A stretch of 64,000 bases of DNA from Acidimicrobiales bacterium. GTDB taxonomy: Bacteria > Actinomycetota > Acidimicrobiia > Acidimicrobiales > CATQHL01. The notes under the pieces were generated by a model. The model was given only the letters and a program-made list of their open reading frames with translations. It searched no databases and had not been told where the DNA came from. The DNA is taken from assembly GCA_965116465.1 (NCBI GenBank), contig OZ220687.1:1604596-1668595 (forward strand). Direction: 5' to 3'. Positions 51,246-60,095 of the stretch are shown here, piece by piece (the stretch's first letter is position 1; every line of letters begins with the position of its first letter). Made by a program: the position numbers and the translations under genes.

Positions 51246-52553
51246 CTAGGGCAGTTCGGCGGCCAGTTCGGCGGCGGCGTCTGTGGCGGCGCTGACGGTT
51301 GCGTCGATGTCGGCGTCGCTGTGGGCCAGGCTGACGAATATGGCCTCGTAGGGGCCGGGGGCCAGCGCCACGCCGCGGCGCAGCATGGCACCGAAGAACG
51401 GGGCGTAGAGACCCCTTGCCACCGAGGCGGCGGCCTCGTCGAAGTTCCGCGGCGTCTCGGCGCCGAAGAACAGGCCCAGCAGCGAACCGACACGCGGCAC
51501 CACGGCGGCAACCCCCGCAGCGGCGAAGGCGCCCTCGAGCCCGGCGGCGAGTCGCACGGCGGTGGCCTCGAGACGCTCATAGGCCGACCCGTCGAGCGCC
51601 GCGAGCGTGGCCAGTCCGGCCGCGGTCGCCAGCGGATTCCCCGAGAGGGTGCCGGCCTGGTACACGCCGCCGAGCGGGGCCAGGTGTCCCATGAGTGCCC
51701 GGCTGCCGCCGAAGGCGCCCACGGGGAGGCCGCCACCGATGACCTTGCCGAAACACCACAGGTCGGGCCGCACCCCGTAGAACTCCGTGGCGCCGCCGCG
51801 CCCCAGGCGGAAGCCGGTGATCACCTCGTCGAAGACCAGCAGCGCGCCGACTCGGTCGCAGGCCGCCCGGAGCCCTTCCAGAAACCCCTCCGCCGGCGCC
51901 ACCAGGCCCATGTTGGCGGCCACCGGCTCCACCAGAACCGCGGCGGTGTACTCGTCGACGTCGGGCACCACGTTGTAGGGGGCGACCACCGTGTCGGCGA
52001 CCGCACCCGGGGTGACGCCGTCGCAGCCGCTGAGCCCCTGGTTGGCCACGCCGCTGCCGCCGGCCGCCAGCAGCGAGTCGGAATGGCCGTGATAGCAGCC
52101 GGCGAACTTGACGATCTTGTTGCGGCCCGTGGCGCCCCGCGCCAGGCGGACCGCCGACATGGCCGCCTCGGTGCCGCTGGAGACCAGCCGCAGCATCTCC
52201 AGACCCGGGACCCGGGCGCGCATCTCGGTGGCCAGGCGCACCTCCGCCTCGGTGGGGGCGCCGAAGCTGGTGCCGCCGGCGGCGGCCGCGGCGACGGCTT
52301 CGACGACAGCGGCCGGGGCGTGGCCGAGAATGCCCGGCCCGTAGCTCTGGACGTAGTCGATGTAGCGATTGCCTTCGACGTCCCACACGTGGGCCCCCTG
52401 CCCGCGGGCGACGAAGTAGGGGGTGCCGCCGACGGAGCCGAACGCCCGCACGGGCGAGTTGACCCCGCCGGGGAGCACGGCGCAGGCGCGCCCGAACAGG
52501 TCGGCGTTGGTGGGGTTGCTCTCGCCCGCGGGGACCCCCGGCGGCTCAGCCAC
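51246..52553 (-). CDS. hemL: Glutamate-1-semialdehyde 2,1-aminomutase
   Basis: 435-aa HemL-like protein (GGVNSPVRAF, the class-III aminotransferase pattern). Confidence 0.9.
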   Translation of the reverse strand: MAEPPGVPAGESNPTNADLFGRACAVLPGGVNSPVRAFGSVGGTPYFVARGQGAHVWDVEGNRYIDYVQSYGPGILGHAPAAVVEAVAAAAAGGTSFGAPTEAEVRLATEMRARVPGLEMLRLVSSGTEAAMSAVRLARGATGRNKIVKFAGCYHGHSDSLLAAGGSGVANQGLSGCDGVTPGAVADTVVAPYNVVPDVDEYTAAVLVEPVAANMGLVAPAEGFLEGLRAACDRVGALLVFDEVITGFRLGRGGATEFYGVRPDLWCFGKVIGGGLPVGAFGGSRALMGHLAPLGGVYQAGTLSGNPLATAAGLATLAALDGSAYERLEATAVRLAAGLEGAFAAAGVAAVVPRVGSLLGLFFGAETPRNFDEAAASVARGLYAPFFGAMLRRGVALAPGPYEAIFVSLAHSDADIDATVSAATDAAAELAAELP

Positions 52554-53550
52554 CGAGCGCCTCGGCCATGCCTGCGGCGAAGTAGGTGAGGATGAAGTCG
52601 GCGCCGGCTCGCTTGACGGCGGTCAACTGCTCGAGCGCAACCGCCGGGCCGTCGATCCAGCCCCGCTCGGCGGCGGCGGCGATCATGGCGTACTCGCCGG
52701 AGACGTGGTAGGCCCCGAGCGGCACGTCGACCGCGGCGCGGGTGCGGGCGATCACGTCCAGGTAGGTGACCGCCGGCTTGACCATGACCATGTCGGCCCC
52801 TTCGGCCACGTCGGCGAGCACCTCGGTCATCGCCTCGCGGGTATTGCGCCAGTCCTGCTGGTAGCCCTTGCGGTCGCCGCTGCGGATGGTCACGTCGACG
52901 GCGTCCCGGAACGGGCCGTAGAGCGCCGAGGCGTACTTGGCGGCGTAGGCCAGGATCGCCACGTCGGTGTGGCCGGCGCCGTCGAGGGCGCTGCGGATCG
53001 CTCCCACCTGGCCGTCCATCATCCCGCTGGGGGCGCACACGTGGGCGCCGGCATCGGCTTGGGCCACGGCGGCCTGGGTGTAGATGGCCAACGTGGCGTC
53101 GTTGTCCACCGAGCCGTCGGCGGTGAGGATGCCGCAGTGCCCGTGGTCGGTGTACTCGTCGACGCAGAGGTCGGCCATCAGCACCACGTCGTCGCCCACC
53201 GCGTCCCGCAGCTCCCGCAGTGCCACCTGGACGATGCCGTCGGGATTCCAGGCCCCGGACCCCTCGGCATCCTTGCGGGCCGGCACGCCGAACAGGATCA
53301 CCGCCGGCACACCCAGCCGGCGCAGCCGCCTCACCTCGTCGCGCAGCGTCGCCACCGTGTGCTGGGCGACGCCCGGCAACGACGGCACCGGCTGCGGCTC
53401 GTCGATGCCCTCGCGTACGAACAGCGGCGCCACCAGGTCGTCGATGCGCAGGGCCGTCTCGGCCACGAGCCGGCGCAGCGCGGCGCTGCGGCGCAGCCGG
53501 CGAGGACGCTGGGCGGGGAAGGCCACGGAGCCCGAGTCTACGAACGGCAC
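52546..53550 (-). CDS. hemB: Porphobilinogen synthase (delta-aminolevulinate dehydratase)
   Basis: 334-aa HemB-like protein (RPRRLR, DEYTDHGHCG). Confidence 0.9.
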   Translation of the reverse strand: MPFVDSGSVAFPAQRPRRLRRSAALRRLVAETALRIDDLVAPLFVREGIDEPQPVPSLPGVAQHTVATLRDEVRRLRRLGVPAVILFGVPARKDAEGSGAWNPDGIVQVALRELRDAVGDDVVLMADLCVDEYTDHGHCGILTADGSVDNDATLAIYTQAAVAQADAGAHVCAPSGMMDGQVGAIRSALDGAGHTDVAILAYAAKYASALYGPFRDAVDVTIRSGDRKGYQQDWRNTREAMTEVLADVAEGADMVMVKPAVTYLDVIARTRAAVDVPLGAYHVSGEYAMIAAAAERGWIDGPAVALEQLTAVKRAGADFILTYFAAGMAEALGG

Positions 53551-53596
53551 CTGACGATCAGCCGGGCCGGCCGGACGCAGGCCGGCGTTGCCGGTC

Positions 53597-54352
53597 TCAG
53601 CCCGCGTGGGCGGCCAGGGCGGCGACCAGGCCCTCGACGGTGTACTCGGTGGCCTCCACGTGAACGGCCAGGTTCCGGCGGCGTGCCGCCGAGGCCGTGA
53701 CCGGGCCGATGACGGCGACGGTCGCCGGCACCGGCAGCGGCTCGGGCTGATCGCAGAACGCCTCGACGACCGAGGGTGATGTGAAGATCACGGTGTCACA
53801 GCCGGCTGCGGCGGCACGTTCGGTCGCTGTGAGGACTCGAGGCTCGGCCCGGTAGGCGGCCACGGCGTCGACCGACCAACCCTTGGCGCGCAGCCCCACC
53901 GGCACCACCTCGCGGGCCACCTCGGCCCGGACGACCAGGACCCGTCCGGACGGGTTGGGTCCCCCGGGTGACGGGAAGGCGTCCACCAGGGACTCGGCGA
54001 CGAACCGTTCGGGCAGCAGGGAGACCACCGCGCCCATCTCGGCCAGAGCCGCAGCGGTGGCCGGACCGATGGCGGCGGCCCGCAGGGCCGGCGGCAGCCC
54101 CCGATCGCCGAGCGCGGCCGCGAATCGCTTCGCACCGTTCGCCGAGGTCAGGACCAGCCAGTCATAGTCGGCCAGACGCGTCACCGCCTCGGCCAGGGCG
54201 GTGCCCCCGTCGCGTGGCGGCAACAACTCGATGAGCGGCACGAGCGTGGGCTCGGCTCCCGCGGCTCGCAGCACTTCGGCGCTTTCGAGACCCTGCGCGG
54301 CGGGCCTGACGACCAGGATCCGCCGCCCCGCCAAGGCCGGCTGTTCACGCAT
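53597..54352 (-). CDS. hemD: Uroporphyrinogen-III synthase
   Basis: ATG at 54352 (residue 112 of the listed ORF) gives 251 aa with the HemD-like pattern (ILVVRP..., WLVLTSANG). It overlaps the hemC stop by 8 nt. Confidence 0.8.
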   Translation of the reverse strand: MREQPALAGRRILVVRPAAQGLESAEVLRAAGAEPTLVPLIELLPPRDGGTALAEAVTRLADYDWLVLTSANGAKRFAAALGDRGLPPALRAAAIGPATAAALAEMGAVVSLLPERFVAESLVDAFPSPGGPNPSGRVLVVRAEVAREVVPVGLRAKGWSVDAVAAYRAEPRVLTATERAAAAGCDTVIFTSPSVVEAFCDQPEPLPVPATVAVIGPVTASAARRRNLAVHVEATEYTVEGLVAALAAHAG

Positions 54353-55271
54353 CGCCACGCTCCGCCGCCCCACGCCCCCAGGACCGTGCCGGATCGCCCG
54401 CCAGAAGGATCTCGGCAAGTTGGCGACCGGCCCGTGCGCCGTCGTCGCCCCGCACCGTGGCGCGGCGCAATGGTTCCCCCTCGGCGGGCGCCAGCACACC
54501 GCGCAGGTGAACCGCGTCCTCCAGTAGCTCGGCGTGCGCGCCCGCCGGCACGGTGCAGTCGCCTCCCAGGGCGGCCAGGAAGGCCCGCTCGGCATCGACG
54601 CAGCGGCGCGACTCCGCATCCTCGATCGCCGCCAGCAGGCCGCGGAGTCCGGCGTCGTCGGCCCGGCACTCCACCGCCAGGGCACCCTGGCCGACCTGCG
54701 GAACCATCAGATCGACATCGAGGACGTCCACCACCGCCGGCGCCCGGCCGAGGCGTTCGAGGGCGACGAGCGCCACGACGATCGCATCGAAGCCCTCCGC
54801 CTTCGCCAGGCGGGTGTCGATGTTGCCGCGCAGGTCGGCGAACCGCAGGTCCGGCCGCAGTTCGGCCAACTGCACGCGCCGGCGCGCCGAACCGGTGGCG
54901 ACGGTGCCACCGGGCGGCAGGTCGGCCAAGCGGGCGCCGACGAGCGCATCGCGCACCTCACCGCGCCGTGGCACCGCCGCGAGGCAGAGACCCTCGGGAG
55001 TCGCCGACGGCAGATCCTTCGCCGAATGCACCGCCACGTCGGCCCGACCATCGAGAACCGCAGCCTGAAGCGCCCGCACGAAGACCCCCTTGCCCCCGAT
55101 CTCCGCCAGGGAGGCCGTCGCCAGGCGATCTCCCTCGGTCCGGATCGGCACGGCCTCGCCGACCACACCCGGACGTGCCTCCGCCAGCATCCGGCCCACG
55201 GCCGCGGCCTGCCAGAGGGCCAGCGCGCTCGAACGCGTCGCCGCCCGCAACCGCCGCGGTGCAACCGGCAC
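54345..55271 (-). CDS. hemC: Hydroxymethylbilane synthase (porphobilinogen deaminase)
   Basis: HemC-like protein (TRSSALALWQA, HSAKDLP). A GTG at 55271 starts 23 nt after the hemA stop. The listed start at 55343 would overlap hemA by 50 nt. Confidence 0.85.
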   Translation of the reverse strand: MPVAPRRLRAATRSSALALWQAAAVGRMLAEARPGVVGEAVPIRTEGDRLATASLAEIGGKGVFVRALQAAVLDGRADVAVHSAKDLPSATPEGLCLAAVPRRGEVRDALVGARLADLPPGGTVATGSARRRVQLAELRPDLRFADLRGNIDTRLAKAEGFDAIVVALVALERLGRAPAVVDVLDVDLMVPQVGQGALAVECRADDAGLRGLLAAIEDAESRRCVDAERAFLAALGGDCTVPAGAHAELLEDAVHLRGVLAPAEGEPLRRATVRGDDGARAGRQLAEILLAGDPARSWGRGAAERGDA

Positions 55272-55293
55272 CGCGCGGTCCGGCAGGTTCTGC

Positions 55294-56553
55294 TCAGATG
55301 TCGAAGAGCTCGCGGAGGGCACCGGCGAGATGCTCGCTCCCACCGTCGGGGGCGGCTTCCTTCAGGCGCACGGTGGGCTCGTGCAGGACCTTGTTGACGA
55401 TCCCGTGCACCAGCGCCTCGACCGCCCGGCGCTGCTCGACATCGAGGGAGGCGAGACGGGCGTCGAAACGTTCGAACTCCGCCTGGGAGATGTCACAGAT
55501 GCGCCGCCGGAACTCGCTGATGAGCGGCGCCACGTCGCGCGCCGCCGCCTGGTCGCCGTGCCGCTCCGCCTCGGTGGAGACGATCGCCCAGGCCTTGCGG
55601 ATCTCGGCCTCGGTGTGGCCGCCGTTGGCGGCGGCGAACGACCGCACGTCGGACATGTCGCACAGCCTCAGGCCGTCGAGCGCGGCCACGGCAGGATCCA
55701 CGTCGCGGGGCACGGCGATGTCCACCACGAGCAGTTCCCGCCCGCCCCGCTCGGCCATCACCTTGTCCAGCTCGTCGAAGTCCATCACCAGCGAGGTGGC
55801 GGCCGTCGAGGTGAACAGCACGTCGGCATGCACGAGTTCGGCCGCAAGCTCGTCGAGGTGGACGGCGCGGGCCCCCAGCATGAGCGCCAACTCCTGCGCC
55901 CGCTGCCAGGACCGGCTGGCCAGGACCAGCTCGGCGTCGCGGACCGGGGCGATCGCCCTGGCCATCCCGCCACCCATCTCTCCTGCACCCAGCACGGCGA
56001 TGCGCCGGCCGGCGAATCCGCCGAGGTGCCCCGACGCCAGGGCCACTGCCGCCTCGGACACCGAGGTCAGCACGCGCCCCAACCGTGTCTCGGTCCGGAC
56101 CCTCCGGCCGACTCCGAGGGCCTGCCGGAAGAGGGGGTTCAGGTTGCCGCCCGCGGTTCCCGCCGCCTCGGCGGTCTGCCAGGCTCGCTTCACCTGACCC
56201 TGGATCTCCGCCTCGCCCACGACGACCGAGTCCAGCCCGCTCACCACGGCGTAGAGATGGCGCACCGCGTCGGGGCCGTACAGGGAGTAGACCGAGCCGC
56301 TCATTTCCACCGCGGCCACAGAGGCCTGCTCGGCGAGGTGGTCGTAGATGTGCTCGTACGCCGAGTGGAACTTCTCGGCCCAGGCGTACACCTCCAGCCG
56401 GTTGCACGTCGAAAGGACGACCGTCTCGTCGACGTTCGGCAACTCGCCGAGCCTGGCGAGGGTCTTCGGAAGAATGCCGTGCGGTGCGCTGAGGCGTTCC
56501 AGCAGGTCCAGCGGCGCTGTGCGGTGATTCAGGCCGATGGCGAGAACGGACAC
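55294..56553 (-). CDS. hemA: Glutamyl-tRNA reductase
   Basis: 419-aa HemA-like protein (LSTCNRLEVY) lying 9 nt downstream of rex. Confidence 0.9.
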   Translation of the reverse strand: MSVLAIGLNHRTAPLDLLERLSAPHGILPKTLARLGELPNVDETVVLSTCNRLEVYAWAEKFHSAYEHIYDHLAEQASVAAVEMSGSVYSLYGPDAVRHLYAVVSGLDSVVVGEAEIQGQVKRAWQTAEAAGTAGGNLNPLFRQALGVGRRVRTETRLGRVLTSVSEAAVALASGHLGGFAGRRIAVLGAGEMGGGMARAIAPVRDAELVLASRSWQRAQELALMLGARAVHLDELAAELVHADVLFTSTAATSLVMDFDELDKVMAERGGRELLVVDIAVPRDVDPAVAALDGLRLCDMSDVRSFAAANGGHTEAEIRKAWAIVSTEAERHGDQAAARDVAPLISEFRRRICDISQAEFERFDARLASLDVEQRRAVEALVHGIVNKVLHEPTVRLKEAAPDGGSEHLAGALRELFDI

Positions 56554-56562
56554 GCGGTCAAT

Positions 56563-57282
56563 CTAGCGACCGAGCTGCGAGACCCGTCCCGGGGACAGTC
56601 CCGACTCCAGCAGATCCTCCAGACCGCCCGGCACGTGGCGACGCTGGTAGAAGCTGAGCACCTGCAGTTCGACCGCCAGGTCCACGTTGCGCACGCTGAC
56701 ACCGCCGGCGGTGTTCACGACGACCGGGGCGAAGTTGAGGATCGAGCCGATGCCGGCGGCCACCAGGCGGTCCACCACGTCCTGCGCGGCCCCGGCGGGG
56801 GTGGCCACGATCCCGATCGCGATGTTGTTCTCCGCCACGATCTTCTCGAGTTCGTCGACGTGGCGCACCGGCACGCCGGCCACCTTCCGGCCGACCTTCG
56901 CCGGATCGGTGTCCACCAGCGCCCGCACGGGGAAGCCTCTCTCCTGGAATCCGCCGTAGTTCGCCAGCGCCGAACCGAGGTTGCCGAGACCGACGATGAG
57001 CACGGGCCAGTCATGGGTCAGGCCCAGCTCCCTGCTCACCTCGTAGAGCAGGTGCTCGACGTTGTAGCCCACGCCGCGGATGCCGAAGGACCCCAGGTAC
57101 GAGAGATCCTTGCGCACCTTGGCGGCGTTCACCCCGGCGAGGGTCGCCAGGCGGGTCGAGGACACCGTCGTGGTCCGGGTGGACAGCAACTCCAGGAGAA
57201 CCCGCCGGTAGACCGGCAGCCGGGCCACGGCCGCTGCAGGGATCGAGTTGTAGCCGTCGCCCCCCGGGTCGCCTGCGCGCAT
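56563..57282 (-). CDS. rex: Redox-sensing transcriptional repressor Rex
   Basis: 239 aa with an N-terminal winged helix (RLPVYRRVL...KVRKDLSYLG) and Rossmann motif GLGNLGSAL. The rex-hemACD arrangement matches that described in Streptomyces. Confidence 0.9.
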   Translation of the reverse strand: MRAGDPGGDGYNSIPAAAVARLPVYRRVLLELLSTRTTTVSSTRLATLAGVNAAKVRKDLSYLGSFGIRGVGYNVEHLLYEVSRELGLTHDWPVLIVGLGNLGSALANYGGFQERGFPVRALVDTDPAKVGRKVAGVPVRHVDELEKIVAENNIAIGIVATPAGAAQDVVDRLVAAGIGSILNFAPVVVNTAGGVSVRNVDLAVELQVLSFYQRRHVPGGLEDLLESGLSPGRVSQLGR

Positions 57283-57331
57283 GGGGGGAGGCTAGTGAGA
57301 GTTCTCTAATTCACAAAGTGCCGGTCCGCGC

Positions 57332-57421
57332 TCAGCGGGCCAGGAAGAAGATCTGCAGAACGCCGGCCACGAGCACCGCGACGAGCAGGACGGCGATCAC
57401 GATGGTGGTGCCGTGTCTCAT
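57332..57421 (-). CDS. Possible 29-aa single-TM micropeptide (MRHGTTIVIAVLLVAVLVAGVLQIFFLAR)
   Basis: Not in the supplied track. The ATG at 57421 forms an ATGA overlap with the DUF62 gene stop, and the peptide is entirely hydrophobic. Evidence rests on sequence only. Confidence 0.3.
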   Translation of the reverse strand: MRHGTTIVIAVLLVAVLVAGVLQIFFLAR

Positions 57422-58314
57422 TGCCCGCCTCCCGTCCGACCGCCCAGACGCACCGCCACGGTACCGGCGCCTCGGGCCGACGCGTCCGTGCCGTCCTCTG
57501 GGTCCTCGGAGTCCTCGAGGCGGCTGAGCGTCACCGCCGATCCGGGCCCCAGAGAGAGTTCCGCGGCGCAGTCGCGGCGATCCTGAGCCAGCGAGGCGAG
57601 CCCGTAGGAGTCCACCACGAGGCCGGTCTCGCCGGCCCCGATGGCGGCATAGGTCACGGCCCGCCGCACCACGCGCCTGTCATCGGCCGTCCGCAGTTCC
57701 AGCGAGTCGCCCAGGTGCGCGAGATCCTCGGGGTCGACGTTCAACTGGGCGTTGCCGTAGTGGTCGACCCACAGGACCTCCGCCTCGACGCGGTCGGCGT
57801 GCACGGCGGCGTTGGCCACGATGCCCGGCACCAGTCCTGCGGGATCGACCTCCGGGCCCAACTCGGTGAGCGGCACGCCGAGGGCCAGGTGACCGGCGGC
57901 CGGGCCGAAGACGTCGCGGCCGTCGAAGGTGCAGGCGGCCCCGCCGAGGCGGTAGCGCCCGTTGCGCAACTCCACGACACGTGTGGCGCCGCCCACGAGT
58001 CCGACGGCCGGTGCCAGCAACCCATTGTCGGGGCCGACCAGGACCGACGAGCCGTCGCCCACCTCCACGGCGATGGGCCGGCGCTTGGTGCCGACGGTGG
58101 GGTCGACCACCGCCAGAACGACGCCGGGATTCAGGTACTGCGCGGCCCGCGCCAGGGTGAGGCCCCCGCCGCGGATGTCATAGCGGGCAACCTCGTGGGT
58201 GATGTCGACGATCCGGACGTCGGGCGCGATCGACCAGACGACCGACTTGACGACGCCGACGAACTCGTCGGTCAGCCCATAGTCGGAGAGAAACGAGACC
58301 GTGCGGTAGCGCAG
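57418..58314 (-). CDS. SAM hydrolase / SAM-dependent halogenase family (DUF62) protein
   Basis: The frame stays open upstream of the listed GTG (58110) and encodes the conserved DUF62 N-terminus VSFLSDYGLTDEFVGVVKSVV. The only plausible initiator is a CTG at 58314, 4 nt after the upstream stop. Confidence 0.75.
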   Translation of the reverse strand: MRYRTVSFLSDYGLTDEFVGVVKSVVWSIAPDVRIVDITHEVARYDIRGGGLTLARAAQYLNPGVVLAVVDPTVGTKRRPIAVEVGDGSSVLVGPDNGLLAPAVGLVGGATRVVELRNGRYRLGGAACTFDGRDVFGPAAGHLALGVPLTELGPEVDPAGLVPGIVANAAVHADRVEAEVLWVDHYGNAQLNVDPEDLAHLGDSLELRTADDRRVVRRAVTYAAIGAGETGLVVDSYGLASLAQDRRDCAAELSLGPGSAVTLSRLEDSEDPEDGTDASARGAGTVAVRLGGRTGGGQ

Positions 58315-58318
58315 GGCT

Positions 58319-58513
58319 TCAGACGGCTCTGGTGTAGCGGCCCGCCAGGTAGGCGTCCACGTCGGCCTCGTCGATCCGGTAGGACTTGCCGAACCGGACA
58401 GCGCGAAGATCGCCGGCCTTGATGAGTCGATACACCGTCATCGTCGAGACGCGCATCAACTCCGCCACCTCTGCCACGGTCATGAACCGGGGCCTCTGTT
58501 GTGCCTTGGTCAT
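58319..58513 (-). CDS. Small excisionase-family (MerR-superfamily) HTH DNA-binding protein
   Basis: ATG at 58513 gives 64 aa with MTVAEVAELMRVSTMTVYRLIKAGDL. Adjacency to proC resembles the mycobacterial proC/Rv0500A pair (from memory). Confidence 0.75.
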   Translation of the reverse strand: MTKAQQRPRFMTVAEVAELMRVSTMTVYRLIKAGDLRAVRFGKSYRIDEADVDAYLAGRYTRAV

Positions 58514-58635
58514 GTCTCCCCCTACTCCGCGGCCCACACAGTACGCAGGCGCAACACACCGAACAAGTCGAACAAGATGCGCTTGTGCCACAGTGGCCCC
58601 ACCCCCAGCGGTAGCGACGGCGGGACCGGGACCGC

Positions 58636-59430
58636 TCAGGGGCCGCCCAACTCCACGGACCGCCGGGTGGCGGCCGCCACCGCGGCGGCGAAGGCCTCCC
58701 GGATCCCCTCCTGCTCCAGAACTCGGATCCCCTCCGCGGTCGTGCCCCCGGGCGAGGTGACGTCGGCCCGCAACGCCGCCGGGGCGCTGTCGGCGCGCAC
58801 GAGCAGCTCGCCGGCGCCCCGGATGGTCTCCCGCACCAGGCCGTCGGCGACCTCCGGAGCCAGTCCCTCGGCAACACCCGCGGCGATGAGAGCCTCGGCC
58901 ACCAGGAAAACGTACGCCGGCCCCGAGCCCGACAGCCCCGTGACCGCGTCGAGCTGAACCTCAGAGGTGACCTTCACGGCACCCACGCTGCTGAGCACGT
59001 CGACAGCCCAGCTCACGTCGTCGGCCGAGGCGGAGACGCCGGGGGCCACCGCCGACGCGCCGGAACCCACCAGCGCGGGCGTGTTGGGCATGGCGCGGAC
59101 CACCCGGGTCCCGGCACCCAGCCAGTGCTCCAGAGAGGCCGTCCGCACCCCGGCGGCAATCGACAGCACGCGGGGTGGGCAGAGGGGGCCGAGTGCACCG
59201 GCGGCCACCTCGATGTCGTCGGGCTTGACGGCCAGAACGGCGTCGACGCCCGCCAGGGGCGCATCGCTCACCAATGTCCGCGGGTATCGGCCGGACAGTT
59301 CGGTGCGCCGCTCCGCCAGAGGCTCGGTCACCGCCAGTTCGTCCGGCCGCGCCCAGCCCTCGGCAATGAGGCCGCCGAGGAGCGCCTCGCCCATCTTGCC
59401 GCCGCCGATGAATTGCAGCCGGAAGCCCAC
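58636..59430 (-). CDS. proC: Pyrroline-5-carboxylate reductase
   Basis: 264-aa ProC-like protein (FIGGGKMGEAL, SPGGTTAEG). Confidence 0.9.
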   Translation of the reverse strand: MGFRLQFIGGGKMGEALLGGLIAEGWARPDELAVTEPLAERRTELSGRYPRTLVSDAPLAGVDAVLAVKPDDIEVAAGALGPLCPPRVLSIAAGVRTASLEHWLGAGTRVVRAMPNTPALVGSGASAVAPGVSASADDVSWAVDVLSSVGAVKVTSEVQLDAVTGLSGSGPAYVFLVAEALIAAGVAEGLAPEVADGLVRETIRGAGELLVRADSAPAALRADVTSPGGTTAEGIRVLEQEGIREAFAAAVAAATRRSVELGGP

Positions 59431-59540
59431 GCCCGCACCCTAGCCCGGTCGCCTCGCTGCCCCGGCCGGGAAGGGGTGCCGGACCGGTCGCTTCCCCGAG
59501 AGAGCCGGCCCGGGCAACCCCTTGTGTGGTGGCAGATTGA

Positions 59541-59569
59541 AAGATACTGATATTGTCGATAATTGTCAA
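59541..59569 (-). promoter_or_regulatory. Candidate sigma-70-type promoter (TTGACA-N17-TATCTT) within an ~80-bp AT-rich tract upstream of proC
   Basis: The minus strand reads TTGACA (59569..59564), a 17-nt spacer, then TATCTT (59546..59541), about 110 nt upstream of the proC ATG. Confidence 0.4.
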
Positions 59570-59630
59570 CTGAATTAATTTATTTCAGGACTATCCATAT
59601 GATGTCGTGAGTGCAGCGCCGGCGACTCGC

Positions 59631-60095
59631 TCAGCCGCGGAAGCGGCCGGCGTAGCCGATGCGCATCGCCGGCCGGAAGTGCCGCTCGGTTGTCTCGTAG
59701 ACGGTGCCCAGGATGCGGTCGAGCTCGTCGTCGTCGACATCGGCGGCGGCGATCTCGCCGAGCAGGAACACGGCGTCCTCTGCACCGATGGCGAACCGGG
59801 CGCCGCGCAGCTTGAGATTGTGCCGCAGGCAGTACTCGTAGAGTTGGACGCGGTTCTCCTCGGGGGCCGGCACGAAATAGGTCTCGAAGTGCAGCGAGCG
59901 CTGCTGCAGCGTCAACCAGATGGAGAAGACGGACTTCTCCTCGCCGAGCAGCCGGATGTACCAACGCCGCAAGGGTGGCTCGGCCCGCTCCACGCCGGCG
60001 ACAGAGGCGTCGGCGGCCACCTGGCGGGCGGCCCAGGCGTCTATGCGCCCTTCGATCTCGTCGAGTTCGGTCGGCGTCGCCGGCCGGCGCGCCAT
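59631..60095 (-). CDS. YbjN-like (type III secretion chaperone-fold) conserved hypothetical protein
   Basis: ATG at 60095 gives 154 aa and shares 1 nt with the mshA stop (TGATG). The mshA-adjacent position resembles mycobacterial Rv0487 (from memory). Confidence 0.55.
   Translation of the reverse strand: MARRPATPTELDEIEGRIDAWAARQVAADASVAGVERAEPPLRRWYIRLLGEEKSVFSIWLTLQQRSLHFETYFVPAPEENRVQLYEYCLRHNLKLRGARFAIGAEDAVFLLGEIAAADVDDDELDRILGTVYETTERHFRPAMRIGYAGRFRG

Noticed and set aside
55272-55343. The longer hemC start at 55343.
   Set aside because: It would overlap hemA by 50 nt and add a Ser-rich non-conserved leader. The GTG at 55271 gives an N-terminus aligned with the typical HemC LR..TRxSxLALxQ.
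57293-57316. A Rex operator upstream of rex itself (TTCACAA at 57310-57316, with TAGTGAG at 57293-57299).
   Set aside because: Only one good half-site is present. The candidate left half is 5/7 and is spaced 10 nt away instead of 4, so it does not fit the palindromic consensus. Autoregulation cannot be supported from this sequence.
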